DNA of 18,066 bases from Myxococcota bacterium (GCA_040752415.1 JBFMGU010000209.1:1-18066), one strand, 5' to 3'. Counted from the first letter of the stretch, positions 7,578-16,523 are shown. The notes: generated from the letters alone by a model not told the origin. Translations and numbers: made by a program.

Positions 7578-9225
7578 ACGGTCGCGCCAGCACCATGACG
7601 TCGGTGCGGAAGCCCTCCGGCGAGAGATTCCCCGTGGCCAGGAACTCGAACGGCGCGTTGTTCACCCGAGAGCCCAGCCACGCCCTCACCGGACACATCA
7701 GCACGCGCTCATTCCGTCGTCCGCTGATGAGCCAGTACTGCCCCGCCGGGTTCGCCGCGTCGACGAGCTCCGCGCGGTAATCACAATGCCCATGGCACGT
7801 CCATGGCCCCGCGCCCCACGTCGGATACCAGAGGTGCCACTCCGGCATGGGCGGAACGCGCTCCCACACGGGATGGTCGTGATTCAGCGCGTGGCGCTCG
7901 GAGACGTCCGGCAACAACGCAATGGGTCGCCCGTACAGGTACCAGTTCACGTACTGCGGCACGGCGTCCATCAGGATGGGCTCGTCGGGTGCGGCGTGCA
8001 GGCGCAGGATGTCCACCACTTCGTGCATCGGCTGTCGGGTGCCCTTCTGCTCCTGCTCGGCGTCGTGGAACACGCGGCGCAATCCCTGGAAGTCCAGCGG
8101 GTTCCCGCTCACCGCCATGCCGCGCTGGAAGTCCGGGAACAACAGCGCCAAGCACAACGCACCCAGGGCCACATGTCGCCATGACGTCGTCAAACCGCCC
8201 AGCCCCGCCGTCAGAGGCCACAAAGCCACCACCAGCGGAACGGACAGGTAGTAGCGGTGCGTGCTCATGGGATGCCAATCCATGAGGCTCACCAGCCCGG
8301 CAAGCAGCGCCATGCACAGCGCCATCCGCAGCGCCACCGCGCGCTCACGCAGCAACACCAGGACGCCGCTGCATGCGAGCGAGAAGATGAACGCGTAGCG
8401 GATGGCGCTGTTGTCCAGACCGCGCACTTCCCGTCGTTCCCACGCGCCCCATGCTGCCTGCGCCCACGGACGCGTGAGCAGCGTCAAGAGCAGCGCGGAT
8501 GCCAACCCCGGCAACGCAACAAACAGCAGCGCCACCCTGCGCGCGTCACCGCGGTCCGGAAACCGCTCCTTCTCGACGAGAAACGACCACGCCAACACGC
8601 CCAGCGTCAGGGCAATGGCGGAACCGCTCATGGAGTGCGTCTGTGGGAGCAGGAAGATGCTCGTTGCCAGGATCCAGCGCGCGCTCCGCCTCCGCGCCCA
8701 CAACGCCGCCAACCCCGCCAATCCCACGACGGAGAGCAGGTCCATGGGCGCGTGGTACCGCACGGTCCGGTTGTAGACGAGTCGCACGCTCTGCAATCCC
8801 AGCGCGCCTCCGACGGCAATGGCCCACCCCAGTGGCACACCGGCGAAGGCCGCCAGCGCGTAGGAGGCCACACCGGACGTCGCGGCGTGGCACAGCACGA
8901 ACGGCACGCGCGACCACTTGTCGCGGTCCAGGTCCAACGCCATGGCCACCGCAAGCCCGGGCGCGGCCACGTAGTACTGCACCCACGGCGTGTACCGGTG
9001 GACGTCGCCGTCCTCGATCTCGCGGCCCGCGGTGTTGAGGGAGAAGAAGCCGCGTTCGTCGACGACGCGGGGATAACCGGACTCCAGCACCGTCCGCGTG
9101 CGCTCCGCGGTGTCCACCTCATCCAGCCACAGGTGCCGGTAACCCAGGCCCGGCGTGCACAGCGCCACCAGCACCGCGGTCAGGAGCAGGTGGGGCCAGC
9201 GTGGAGGTGTGGCGGTGTCGGTCAT
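7552..9225 (-). CDS. GT-C fold integral-membrane glycosyltransferase (ArnT/PMT-like, GT39/GT83-like)
   Basis: TM1 followed by the LWLDE acidic motif typical of the first GT-C external loop, about 10-11 hydrophobic segments, VRYH and RYY motifs, and a soluble C-terminal domain. Confidence 0.7.
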   Translation of the reverse strand: MTDTATPPRWPHLLLTAVLVALCTPGLGYRHLWLDEVDTAERTRTVLESGYPRVVDERGFFSLNTAGREIEDGDVHRYTPWVQYYVAAPGLAVAMALDLDRDKWSRVPFVLCHAATSGVASYALAAFAGVPLGWAIAVGGALGLQSVRLVYNRTVRYHAPMDLLSVVGLAGLAALWARRRSARWILATSIFLLPQTHSMSGSAIALTLGVLAWSFLVEKERFPDRGDARRVALLFVALPGLASALLLTLLTRPWAQAAWGAWERREVRGLDNSAIRYAFIFSLACSGVLVLLRERAVALRMALCMALLAGLVSLMDWHPMSTHRYYLSVPLVVALWPLTAGLGGLTTSWRHVALGALCLALLFPDFQRGMAVSGNPLDFQGLRRVFHDAEQEQKGTRQPMHEVVDILRLHAAPDEPILMDAVPQYVNWYLYGRPIALLPDVSERHALNHDHPVWERVPPMPEWHLWYPTWGAGPWTCHGHCDYRAELVDAANPAGQYWLISGRRNERVLMCPVRAWLGSRVNNAPFEFLATGNLSPEGFRTDVMVLARPCARVAPLE

Positions 9226-9332
9226 GGCCGGGTGTGAGTCTTGCCCGGCGGCGGGAGGCGCATCCAGTTTCCGCCGGTTGCCGTCGGGAAATGCGTGACG
9301 CGCGCACGGGTTGGCCCTACGCTGGCGCGCTC

Positions 9333-11051
9333 ATGGCGGATGCCTCCCCGGGGGACAGTCTGCAGCCCTCCGACGTCGCCAAGGCTCCCCTGGCGCTGGC
9401 CGTGGTCCTTTCCGTGGTGCCGGAGGTGGGCCAGCCCGGGATTGCGCAGGTCACTGCCGCCGTCGCCATCCTGGCGGTTGCGTTCGCGCGTCCCACGCTG
9501 AAGGCGCTGCCGGAACGCCTCCTCGCGGCGCTGCTGGGTTGGGCCGTGCTCTCGACGACGTGGAGCGTGGACGCGGGCCAGACCGTGTTCCTCACCGCGT
9601 TATGGCTGGGCGGTGCGGCGGTGGTGCTGGCGCCTCGTCGGGTGCAGGGCGTGGTGGCACCCATGTTGGGGATGGCGCTTGCGGTGGCCAGTGCGCTCGC
9701 GTTGCGACAGGTCCTGGGCGGCTTCCAGGAAGTGGAGCAGGCGTGGGAGCTCGTCCCTCGAGGGAGGGAGCAGTACACCCGCGACTGGCTGGCCCGCGCC
9801 CGCGCTCACGGGCCCTTCCCTTCCCCGGACAACCTGGCCGGTTTCCTCGCCGCCGCGCTTCCCGTCGTCGCCGGCGCCGCGTGGAACGCCGCTGGCCCCA
9901 TGCGTGTCGCGCAAGGTGGCGCGGTGCTGCTCGGTGTGGCGGCGCTGGTGGCCACGCGCTCCGTGGGTGGCGTGTTGTGTCTCACGGTGGCCGCGTGCGC
10001 CTCCGCGGGCCTGCTCCTGTGGCGACGAGGACGTGTCCGCCAGCTCGCCGCGCTGGGGGCCGTGGGCCTGTTGGTGGTGGGCGCGGTGGTGTGGATGCGC
10101 AGCGGTCGTGAGCATGAGCCGGTGTTGGAGCAGGCGCTGAACCGCGCGCGCGACTGGGGCCACGCGTTTCAGCTGATGTCGCATGCTCCGCTGCGCGGGG
10201 TGGGCGCGGGCGCGTATGAGTCGGCGTTCAACGCGTGGGCACCGGCGGGAAGGCCCTACAGCGCGTACGCCCACAGCGCGCCGCTGCAGCTGGGTGTGGA
10301 GCTTGGCGTCGTGGGATTGCTGCTCGCCCTGGCGCTCTACGTGGCCACCAGCGTCTGGGCCCTGCGACACGCCCCCCGCAGCACCACCGACGCGCTCCTT
10401 GCCACCGGCGTGCTGGCCGCGTGTCTGCACCACTTCATGGACTATGAGCTGCACACCCCCGCGGGGCTGGCGCTGTTCTTCGCGGTGGCCGCGCTGCGCG
10501 CCCGGGATGCGCTCCCCGACGCGGAATTGCCGTCCGCCCCTGGTCCCTGGAAGGCCGTGGCGTGTGTGGTGGCGGCGGGCGTGGCCGTGCTGGGTGCGGG
10601 CGCGGCCATGGTGGGTCGCAACATCCCGCGCCTGCCCGACGACGAGCCATTGCTGGGCACCGTGCGCCTGGGTGCGCAGCTGCTGCGGTTTGACGCGCGC
10701 GCGCAGGTGGCGTTGGCGCAGGACCTGGCCCTGGTTGCCCGTCGTGAAGCGCAGCAGGGAAACAGCCCCGCGCGGCTCATCTCCGAGTACGAGGAGACCG
10801 CGCTGCGTGCCACCGAGCTGGCCCCCATGCTTCCCGCGGGCCCCATGCTGCTCGCACGCTTCCGGATGGAGCGCGGGGAGCATCTGCCCGCCATGACGGC
10901 CTACGACATCGCCATCGAGCGCTCCTGCTGCTCCACCATGCTCCGACGCGAGCGCATGGCCCTGGCGCGCGCACTGGGTCAGACGGAGAAGGCCACGCAG
11001 GATGAGGCCTGGCTCAAGCAACACGCACCCTGGGTTTTCGAGGAGCCCTAG
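9333..11051 (+). CDS. O-antigen ligase / Wzy_C family protein with C-terminal TPR-like helices
   Basis: RAHGPFPSPDNLAGFL, TRSVGG, PLRGVGAGAY and AHSAPLQLGVELGVVG motifs (conserved His of WaaL/O-OTase), multiple TM segments and a helical C-terminal tail. ATG 9333 chosen because GTG 9201 overlaps the divergent gene. Confidence 0.85.
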   Translation: MADASPGDSLQPSDVAKAPLALAVVLSVVPEVGQPGIAQVTAAVAILAVAFARPTLKALPERLLAALLGWAVLSTTWSVDAGQTVFLTALWLGGAAVVLAPRRVQGVVAPMLGMALAVASALALRQVLGGFQEVEQAWELVPRGREQYTRDWLARARAHGPFPSPDNLAGFLAAALPVVAGAAWNAAGPMRVAQGGAVLLGVAALVATRSVGGVLCLTVAACASAGLLLWRRGRVRQLAALGAVGLLVVGAVVWMRSGREHEPVLEQALNRARDWGHAFQLMSHAPLRGVGAGAYESAFNAWAPAGRPYSAYAHSAPLQLGVELGVVGLLLALALYVATSVWALRHAPRSTTDALLATGVLAACLHHFMDYELHTPAGLALFFAVAALRARDALPDAELPSAPGPWKAVACVVAAGVAVLGAGAAMVGRNIPRLPDDEPLLGTVRLGAQLLRFDARAQVALAQDLALVARREAQQGNSPARLISEYEETALRATELAPMLPAGPMLLARFRMERGEHLPAMTAYDIAIERSCCSTMLRRERMALARALGQTEKATQDEAWLKQHAPWVFEEP

Positions 11052-11087
11052 CCACGGCGGAGGGGCCGGCGGTATGGCGCTTCCGTC

Positions 11088-12257
11088 GTGAGTCCCGCCC
11101 TGCGTCTTGCTGCCTTCTACGCCGCCATGTTCACCGGCGTGGGCGTGATGGTGGGCTTCCTGCCCTTGCACCTCACCGCTCTGGGACTCAGCGCTCCGGT
11201 CATTGGCGCACTGTTCGCGGGTCGGACGGCGCTGTCGTCGATGGGGCCGCCGTTGTGGGGCTTGTGGGCGGACCGCCTGGGCGACGCGCGCCTTCCCCTG
11301 GTGGTGGCCTCCAGCATCTCCGCGCTCGCTTTCCTGCCGTTGTTGTGGACGGAGAATCCCACCGTCACCATGGCGCTGATGCTGTTGCAGGGCTTTGGCG
11401 GCGGCGCGCTGGCCCCGCTGACCGACAGCATGACGCTCGGCGTCCTCAAGCATGCGCCGGAGAAGTTTGGTCGCGTGCGCATGGCGGGGACGTTGGCGTT
11501 TGGCGTGGGGGTGCTGGGCTTCTCGCTCGTGGTGACCTCGACGGGTGACCCCGCGTTGATGTCGCGTGCCGGCAGCCTCAGCGTCCCCGCCATCTTCAGC
11601 ACGCTGGTCCTGACGCTGATCGTCTCGCTGGGCCTCCCGCGCGTGGAGCGTCCGCGACTGGTCCGCATGGAAACCGCCACCACGGCCATCCGCCAGGCGC
11701 CGTTCCTGCTGTTGCTGCTGGCGGGCGCCTTCCACTGGGCCGCGCACGCGCCCGTGACGGTGATGCTGGGCCTGCACCTGCGCGACCTGGGCGGAGGTCC
11801 CAGCGTGGTGGCGGCGGCGCTGTGCGCGCAGGTGGTGACGGAGGTGGCCATCATGTACTTCGCGCCGCGCCTCCTCAGCGTCATGAACGCGCCCACGGCG
11901 CTGGTGGGCATCTTCGTGGCGGGGCTGGTGCGCTGGACGGCCAACGCGTTGCTGACCAGCCCGGTGGCCTTTGCGGCAATGCAGGCCGCGCACGGGGTGA
12001 CCTTCGGGCTGTACTACGTCGTTAGTGTGCGCGCGGTGCAGCAGGCCATCCCGGAAGAGGCACGCAGCACGGGGCAGACGGTGTTCTTCGCCGTGGTGTT
12101 CGGCCTCGGCGGCGTCTTCGGCACGTTGCTGACGGGAGAAATGTATGAGGCCGGCAAGGGCCCGTTGATGTTCGCCGCCGCCGCCGCCCTCGACGTGGCC
12201 GCGCTGGTCACGATGTTGTTCTACTCACGCGTCGTCCGTCGCCGGGGAGCGCCCTGA
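11088..12257 (+). CDS. MFS transporter (HcaT / MFS_1-like family)
   Basis: About 12 TM segments; PLWGLWADRLG (MFS motif A region), FGRVRMAGTLAF, and QAAHGVTFGLYY typical of HcaT/NupG-like permeases. Substrate unknown. Confidence 0.88.
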   Translation: MSPALRLAAFYAAMFTGVGVMVGFLPLHLTALGLSAPVIGALFAGRTALSSMGPPLWGLWADRLGDARLPLVVASSISALAFLPLLWTENPTVTMALMLLQGFGGGALAPLTDSMTLGVLKHAPEKFGRVRMAGTLAFGVGVLGFSLVVTSTGDPALMSRAGSLSVPAIFSTLVLTLIVSLGLPRVERPRLVRMETATTAIRQAPFLLLLLAGAFHWAAHAPVTVMLGLHLRDLGGGPSVVAAALCAQVVTEVAIMYFAPRLLSVMNAPTALVGIFVAGLVRWTANALLTSPVAFAAMQAAHGVTFGLYYVVSVRAVQQAIPEEARSTGQTVFFAVVFGLGGVFGTLLTGEMYEAGKGPLMFAAAAALDVAALVTMLFYSRVVRRRGAP

Positions 12258-12271
12258 GCCCCGGGCCGCGC

Positions 12272-12310
12272 GTCACGATAATCATGACAAATGTAATGAC
12301 AATCGTGACA
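12272..12310. repeat. AT-rich element with an inverted repeat and TGACA direct repeats between convergent genes
   Basis: GTCACGAT (12272-12279) and ATCGTGAC (12302-12309) are perfect inverted arms. ATGACAA occurs at 12284 and 12296, and GTGACA at 12305. Confidence 0.6.
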
Positions 12311-12375
12311 CCCCGACGAGGTGGCCATCCCCCCTGCCCTCCCACCGCCTTGGGAACAGGGAGCCCGCGTCCGGC

Positions 12376-13668
12376 TCAGTGGATGCCCATGCCCAGCCGG
12401 TCCCAGCGGATGGAGGGCAAGCCCTTGGGATTGGCGCCGTAGTCCAGGCTCATCCAGATGAACATGGCGCGCCCCTTCACGTTGGCCAGCGGCACGGCGC
12501 CCCACTTGCGGGAGTCCGCGCTGTTGTCGCGGTTGTCACCCATGCAGAAGATGTAGCCGGGCTGCACCGTGCAGCCGCTGTCGTCGCATTCCAGGCCGTT
12601 GAGGTGCGGGTTGTACGTGGGCCAGTCATGCATGCCGTAGCTCTCATAGAGCACCGCGTGCTTCAGCCCGTTGATGTCTTCCGAATACGCCTTGGCCTTG
12701 CGGTCCATCCACGCGGAGTGGAACTCGCTGCTCTCGCGGTAGCTGAGGTCCTCGCCGCCGTCGCGCGTGTAGGCCTTGCCGTCCACGTAGAGCACACCGT
12801 CGCGCAGCTGCACCTTCTGTCCCGCCACGGCAATGACGCGCTTGATGAAGTCCTCACCCGCGTTGTCGGCGGGCTCCGGTGCCACGAACACCACCACGTC
12901 ACCCGGCTTGGGCTCGGAGAGGCTGAACAGCTTCTTGGGTGGATTGGTGAACGGGATGGTGACGCCGTAGATGAACTTGTTGACGAAGATGTGGTCGCCA
13001 ATGGCCAGCGTGGGGACCATGGAGCCGCTGGGGATCTTGAACGCCTCCACCACGAACAGCCGCAGTGCCAGCGCAATGAGGAGCGCGCCGCCAATGCTCT
13101 CTGTGTAGTCGCGCAGCAGGCTCTTGCGCCGACGCCCCACCTGCTCATGAACCACGGTCTCCGCGTGGGCCAGCGCGGCTTCCAGCTCGTCGTCACTGGG
13201 GCCTTCCAGCGCGCGGTCCAGCCGCTCCGCGGCCGCGTCCATCACCTGCAGCGCGCCGGCGGAGAGCCGCTTGGCGTGCTTCTCGCGCAGCAGCGACATC
13301 TCGCGCAGGAAGGGCCGCGCGTGCCGCTCCAGGCGCAACCGGCGCGCCCGCGCCCGCTCGAACACGGTCTCGTCGAGCATGGGGCCCAGCCACGCCGCGG
13401 CGAAGTAGAGGAAGGTGATGACCACCAGCACGGGGAAGATGGCGCCGCCCGCACCACCCACCGGGCTTTCGGGTCGAAGCTTGAGCCACAGCGCGCTGGC
13501 CACCAGGGCGAGCACGAAGGCTACCGTCTGGCCCAGCGGAAACCGCTTGCGCACGGGAGACTGCGACGCACCCGTCGACGTCACGGACGTCTCCGGGGCG
13601 TTGCCACCGGGGGAGGCCGGGGTGGCTGGGGTGGGCGGCTCAGGTTGGCCGTTCAACTTGGTGCTCAA
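12376..13668 (-). CDS. lepB: Signal peptidase I with N-terminal extension
   Basis: Box [14 protein letters not shown] (catalytic Ser), box D DFIKRVIA (catalytic Lys), box [13 protein letters not shown]. Follows lepA with a TTGA start/stop overlap. Confidence 0.96.
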   Translation of the reverse strand: MSTKLNGQPEPPTPATPASPGGNAPETSVTSTGASQSPVRKRFPLGQTVAFVLALVASALWLKLRPESPVGGAGGAIFPVLVVITFLYFAAAWLGPMLDETVFERARARRLRLERHARPFLREMSLLREKHAKRLSAGALQVMDAAAERLDRALEGPSDDELEAALAHAETVVHEQVGRRRKSLLRDYTESIGGALLIALALRLFVVEAFKIPSGSMVPTLAIGDHIFVNKFIYGVTIPFTNPPKKLFSLSEPKPGDVVVFVAPEPADNAGEDFIKRVIAVAGQKVQLRDGVLYVDGKAYTRDGGEDLSYRESSEFHSAWMDRKAKAYSEDINGLKHAVLYESYGMHDWPTYNPHLNGLECDDSGCTVQPGYIFCMGDNRDNSADSRKWGAVPLANVKGRAMFIWMSLDYGANPKGLPSIRWDRLGMGIH

Positions 13669-15464
13669 TCGACCTTCAAGACCGCCAGGAAGGCTTCCTG
13701 CGGAATCTCCACGCTGCCAACCTGCTTCATCCGCTTCTTACCTTCCTTCTGACGTTCCAGCAGCTTCCGCTTGCGGCTGATGTCGCCGCCGTAGCACTTG
13801 GCGGTGACGTCCTTGCGCAGTGCGGCCTTGGTCTCCCGGGCGATGATCTTGCTGCCAATCGCCGCTTGGATGGCCACCTGGTACTGCTGGCGCGGAATGA
13901 TCTCCAGCATCTTCTGACAGAGGTCCCTGCCCCGCTGGTAGGAACGCTCCTTGTGGACAATGCAGGAGAGCGCATCCACCGGGTCACCGTTCACGAGCAG
14001 GTCCAGGCGCACCAGCGTGCCTTCCCGGTAGCCAATGGGCTCGTAATCCAATGACGCGTAGCCCTTGCTGTGGGTCTTGAGCTTGTCGAAGAAGTCGAAC
14101 ACCACTTCAGCCAGCGGCAGCTCATAGACAATGACCACCCGGTTGGTGCTCAGGTAGTTCATGGTCTTCTGGATGCCGCGACGCTCCTCACACAGCTTCA
14201 GGATGGCGCCCACGAACTCACTGGGCACGTGGATGCGCGCCTCGATGAAGGGCTCCTCCAGCCGCGCGATGTTCTGTTCCGGGGGCAGCTTGGAGGGATT
14301 GTCGACGTTGATGGTCTCACCCTTGGTGGTGATGACCTTGTAGACCACGGTGGGCGCGGTGGTGATGAGGTCCAGGTTGAACTCGCGCTCCAGGCGCTCC
14401 TGGACAATCTCCATGTGGAGGAGGCCCAGGAAGCCGCAGCGGAATCCAAATCCCAGCGCCTGGCTGGTCTCCGGCTCGAACACCAGCGCGCTGTCATTGA
14501 GGCGCAGCTTCTGGATGGCGTCGCGCAGCTCCTCGTAGTCGCTGGCAATCACGGGATAGATGCCGGCAAACACGGTGGGCTTCACTTCCTTGAAGCCGGG
14601 GAGCGGCTCGGCGGCGGGGCGGTCGGAGTAGGTGACGGTGTCGCCCACCTTGGCGTCGATCACCTCCTTGACGTTGGCCACCACGAAGCCCACCTCACCG
14701 GGTCCCAGCTCCGTGAGCGGACGCGCGTGCGGGTGGAACGCGCCCAGCTCCTGCACCTCGAACTTCTTCCCGTTGTGCATGAACTGGATTGGCGTGCCCT
14801 TCTTGATGGTGCCGTGCACCACGCGCACCAGCACCACCACGCCGCGGTAGTTGTCGAACCAGCTGTCAAAGATGAGGGCCTGCAGCGGCGCGTCCACGTC
14901 TCCCTTGGGCGCGGGGATGCGCTGCACCACCGCTTCCAGGATTTCGTGGATGCCCTTCCCCTCCTTGGCGGAGGCCGGAATGGCGCCGGAAGCGTCCAGC
15001 CCGATGATGTCCTCAATCTGCTTCTTGCAGCCTTCCGGGTCGGCGCTGGGCAGGTCGATCTTGTTGAGGACCGGGACGATCTCCAGGTTGTTGTCCAGCG
15101 CCTGGTAGACGTTGGCCAGCGTCTGCGCTTCCACGCCCTGGCTCACATCCACCACCAGCAGCGCGCCCTCACACGCGGCCAAGGACCGGCTCACCTCGTA
15201 GCCGAAGTCCACGTGTCCGGGCGTGTCGATGAGGTTGAGCAGGTAGGTCTGGCCGTCGTCGGCCTTGTAGTGGAGGCGCACGGCCTGAGCCTTGATGGTG
15301 ATGCCGCGCTCCCGCTCCAGGTCCATCTTGTCCAGCACCTGGTCCTGCATCTCCCGCTTGCTGAGGGCCTCACAGGCTTCCAGGAGGCGGTCGGCCAGGG
15401 TGCTCTTGCCGTGGTCGATGTGCGCAATGATGGAGAAGTTGCGAATCCTGCTCTGGTCCATCAC
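13665..15464 (-). CDS. lepA: Translation elongation factor 4 (LepA)
   Basis: G1 [39 protein letters not shown] and C-terminal [15 protein letters not shown]; 599 aa. Starts at GTG 15464 or ATG 15461. Confidence 0.99.
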   Translation of the reverse strand: MMDQSRIRNFSIIAHIDHGKSTLADRLLEACEALSKREMQDQVLDKMDLERERGITIKAQAVRLHYKADDGQTYLLNLIDTPGHVDFGYEVSRSLAACEGALLVVDVSQGVEAQTLANVYQALDNNLEIVPVLNKIDLPSADPEGCKKQIEDIIGLDASGAIPASAKEGKGIHEILEAVVQRIPAPKGDVDAPLQALIFDSWFDNYRGVVVLVRVVHGTIKKGTPIQFMHNGKKFEVQELGAFHPHARPLTELGPGEVGFVVANVKEVIDAKVGDTVTYSDRPAAEPLPGFKEVKPTVFAGIYPVIASDYEELRDAIQKLRLNDSALVFEPETSQALGFGFRCGFLGLLHMEIVQERLEREFNLDLITTAPTVVYKVITTKGETINVDNPSKLPPEQNIARLEEPFIEARIHVPSEFVGAILKLCEERRGIQKTMNYLSTNRVVIVYELPLAEVVFDFFDKLKTHSKGYASLDYEPIGYREGTLVRLDLLVNGDPVDALSCIVHKERSYQRGRDLCQKMLEIIPRQQYQVAIQAAIGSKIIARETKAALRKDVTAKCYGGDISRKRKLLERQKEGKKRMKQVGSVEIPQEAFLAVLKVD

Positions 15465-15651
15465 GTGCTCCCGCGCGTCGGCCCGCGCCGCTCAACCTGC
15501 CACTGGCTGCGCTGCCGCCCCGTCGTGGTGCAGGCCACGCACGGGCAACCTGGTGCGCACATACCGGTCAACGCCCCGAACGGCCACCCCGCCCACGTCC
15601 GCGTCACGGGCCACGCCCAACCACATACCAACCGCTGCACAACCACTCCTT

Positions 15652-15677
15652 CCTCCCCGGACACCCGTCCCGGGAGG
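15652..15677 (-). terminator. GC-rich hairpin downstream of the RHH gene (possible terminator or stability element)
   Basis: CCTCCC-c-GGAC-accc-GTCC-c-GGGAGG stem-loop. There is no U-tract, so a terminator role is uncertain. Confidence 0.3.
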
Positions 15678-15714
15678 GGGCGCGCAATCTAGACGGGACG
15701 CGCCCGGGCGTCAC

Positions 15715-15897
15715 TCACTTGAGGTTGGTCAGGCTGAGCTGCCCCGGCAGCTGCTCCTTGTACTTCTCCAGCACAAGGTCAATGCCCTGCCGCACGAACT
15801 CCGAGACCGGCACCTTGGTCTTCTCGTTCAGGATCTTGAGCATCTCGTTCTGCTCAGGGGTGATGTAGATGGTGGTGCTGATCTTCTTGCGGGGCAT
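15715..15897 (-). CDS. Ribbon-helix-helix DNA-binding protein (60 aa)
   Basis: MPRKKISTTIYITPEQNEMLKILNEKTKVPVSEFVRQGIDLVLEKY: alternating beta-strand (STTIYI), helix A, turn, helix B (VSEFVRQGI). GGGAGAG RBS precedes ATG 15897 and codon usage is strongly GC3. Confidence 0.88.
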   Translation of the reverse strand: MPRKKISTTIYITPEQNEMLKILNEKTKVPVSEFVRQGIDLVLEKYKEQLPGQLSLTNLK

Positions 15898-15944
15898 TGC
15901 GCCACTCTCCCTGAGAGGCCCGAACGAGCTGTCAAGCCGCGGCC

Positions 15945-15976
15945 TATGTACCTGACCATACATGCATGGTCAAGTA
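15945..15976 (-). promoter_or_regulatory. Putative sigma70-type promoter overlapped by a 20-bp palindromic operator
   Basis: Minus strand TTGACC (15973-15968), 17 bp spacer, TACATA (15950-15945; imperfect -10). Palindrome TGACCATACATGCATGGTCA (15953-15972) has one mismatched pair. Confidence 0.55.
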
Positions 15977-16085
15977 GGGTCGTCCGCCCGGTCCAGGCGA
16001 CGTAAGTCCAGGCGCCACCAGGGTTTTTTCACCCGGGGAATCCCTGCAAACCATCGGCTGGACGCGGTTATGGCGGAAGGGGCGT

Positions 16086-16520
16086 TCAGGGGGCGGCAGG
16101 AGCGGGTGCGGGCGGCAGAGGGTCAATGATTCCAATGTGTTTGGCACCGGCCTGGCGGGCTGTGTCCATGGCGTCCACGGCACGGTCGTAGGGGGCGTTG
16201 TCGTGGGCGTCCAGGAAGACCACGCGGTCCTTGTCCTCGCGCGTGGCCAGGGCGGCGGCGAGGCGCGACTTGAGCGCGGGCAGGCCCTCCAGCTTCTCCG
16301 CGCCCAAGCTGAGCGCACCGCTGGCATCCACCACCATCACCAGCGGGTCGGCGGAGGGCGCGGGCGCTTCCGGCGCGCTCTCCTGAGGCACCACCACCGG
16401 CAGCTTCTGCTCCAGGAGCGGCGTGACCACCATGAAGATGATGAGGAGCACCAGCACCACGTCGATCATGGGCGTGACGTTGAGCTCCGCCTGCATGCCG
16501 CTGCGACTTCCCACCTGCAT
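16086..16520 (-). CDS. exbD: Biopolymer transporter ExbD/TolR family protein
   Basis: ELNVTPMIDVVLVLLIIFMVVTP TM motif with conserved Asp; periplasmic VFLDAHDNAPYDRAVDAMDTARQAGAKHIGI. Confidence 0.93.
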   Translation of the reverse strand: MQVGSRSGMQAELNVTPMIDVVLVLLIIFMVVTPLLEQKLPVVVPQESAPEAPAPSADPLVMVVDASGALSLGAEKLEGLPALKSRLAAALATREDKDRVVFLDAHDNAPYDRAVDAMDTARQAGAKHIGIIDPLPPAPAPAAP

Positions 16521-16523
16521 GCG

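Noticed and set aside
9600..11993. 797-aa antisense ORF spanning two genes
   Set aside because: The ligase and MFS genes share one reading frame, so a single stop-poor shadow frame runs across both. The product is R/H/Q/G-rich with no recognisable domain.
12272..12310. dif, parS or CRISPR repeat
   Set aside because: No match to the XerC/D dif or parS consensus, and no repeat-spacer periodicity or cas genes.
15461..15664. 67-aa ORF upstream of lepA
   Set aside because: Atypical composition and codon usage with no recognisable family; more likely a leader or regulatory region.
12379..15692. Long plus-strand ORFs (457 and 540 aa) opposite lepB and lepA
   Set aside because: Antisense shadows of highly conserved genes.
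15715..15897. Naming the RHH protein CdbA/CdbB or an antitoxin
   Set aside because: It lacks the KQSLYF...RSLSW pattern I recall for CdbA/B, and no toxin gene is adjacent.
16019..16046. Hairpin CAGGG...CCCTG after the last exbD as a terminator
   Set aside because: The stem relies on G-U pairs that form only on the plus strand, whereas the operon is on the minus strand.
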